DNA of 63,350 nt, the filler included, from Raja brachyura (Eukaryota): assembly GCA_963514005.1 (NCBI GenBank). It is 4 parts of 4 records of this genome, joined end to end, with 100 filler letters (N's around TTAATTAATTAA, not from the genome) between each part and the next. Parts side by side here need not be neighbours in the genome. Positions count along the whole stretch, not along the records: positions 61,579 to 63,350 come from OY740813.1; 3 more parts are not named here. The stretch is one strand, 5' to 3'. The notes below the pieces were generated by a model. It had not been told where the DNA came from and made no database searches. It worked only from the letters and a program-made list of their open reading frames with translations. Position numbers and translations under genes: made by a program. Shown piece by piece: positions 62,620-63,350 of the stretch. The first letter of the stretch is position 1. The number at the start of each line of letters is the position of its first letter.

Positions 62620-63089
62620 CTGATAAGAATATCTACACTGATAGGTCAGACAGCATGGCTAAAGTACGTGGATAGGTGATGTTTTGGATGGGGAACCTTC
62701 TTCAGACTGATTAGAGTTGGGAGGAGAAAGCTGGATTAGACTGGGGCAGGGCAAAGCCTGGTAAATGATAGATAGATAAGGGGCATGGAAAGAGGGAGGG
62801 ACGGGATATAGTGACTATTCGGCAGGATAAAAGAATCCTGGGCCCAGTAGCGTTCAGCATTCGATAACTGGTTGCTTCCATTTAATATTCTTTTTCTTCC
62901 ATAATGCTCTACAAAAACTTTATATCGTATTCCTTTTGAATGTTAATACTATATTATTATCACTTCCCTTTCAGGCATCAAGTCTCAGACTGTTTTAGAA
63001 GAAAATATCTCCTCTTCTGTCTGATTCTTTTACCAATCATCTTAAATTTATGTCCTCGAGTTACCAATCATCATAAATTCATGTCCTCG

Positions 63090-63350
63090 GTACTCATGAA
63101 ATGCTTCAAGAGGCTGATCAAGAGCCACATCTACGCCTTCCTCCCTCGCAACATGGACCCGCTGCAGTTTGCATGCCATCTGAACAGATACACGGATGAT
63201 GCGGTCTCCCAGGTCTCTCTCACCTCAACAGCCAGAAAAGGGGGGGGGGGGGGGGGGCGCTATGTGAGGATGCTGTTCATTGACTTCAGTTCACCTTTCA
63301 ATACCATAGTCCCCACCAGACTTGCTGAGAAGCTGCTGGAACTGGGGCTG
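63090..63350 (+). mobile_element. Rex1/Babar RT fragment, runs off the window
   Basis: LMKCFKRLIKSHI...MDPLQFA...YVRMLFIDFSSPFNTIVP. Confidence 0.85.

Overview
Repeat-rich vertebrate genomic DNA, most likely a cartilaginous fish (skate/ray/shark; inferred from HE1/HER1-like SINE/CR1 content). Three identical artificial 100-bp spacers (N44-TTAATTAATTAA-N44) split it into four segments that may not be adjacent in the genome: 1-27092, 27193-52378, 52479-61478 and 61579-63350. Segment 1 holds four consecutive phase-compatible minus-strand exons of KIFAP3. Their introns are full of CR1, Rex1/Babar, L2, Tc1, Penelope-derived and Helitron-like repeats. Segment 2 holds the 5' part of a DIRS-like retrotransposon, a Rex1 copy, a PIF/Harbinger MITE, V-SINEs and a candidate spliced 3' end of an unidentified gene with a 24-nt microexon. 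Segment 3 is mostly a head-to-tail array of non-autonomous Helitron-like units. The most notable element is a young 227-bp insertion with a 15-bp target-site duplication that is a perfect 94-bp-arm palindrome carrying a minimal hammerhead ribozyme core on both strands. All family assignments come from motif recognition by eye, no database search was run, and boundaries of degraded repeats are approximate.
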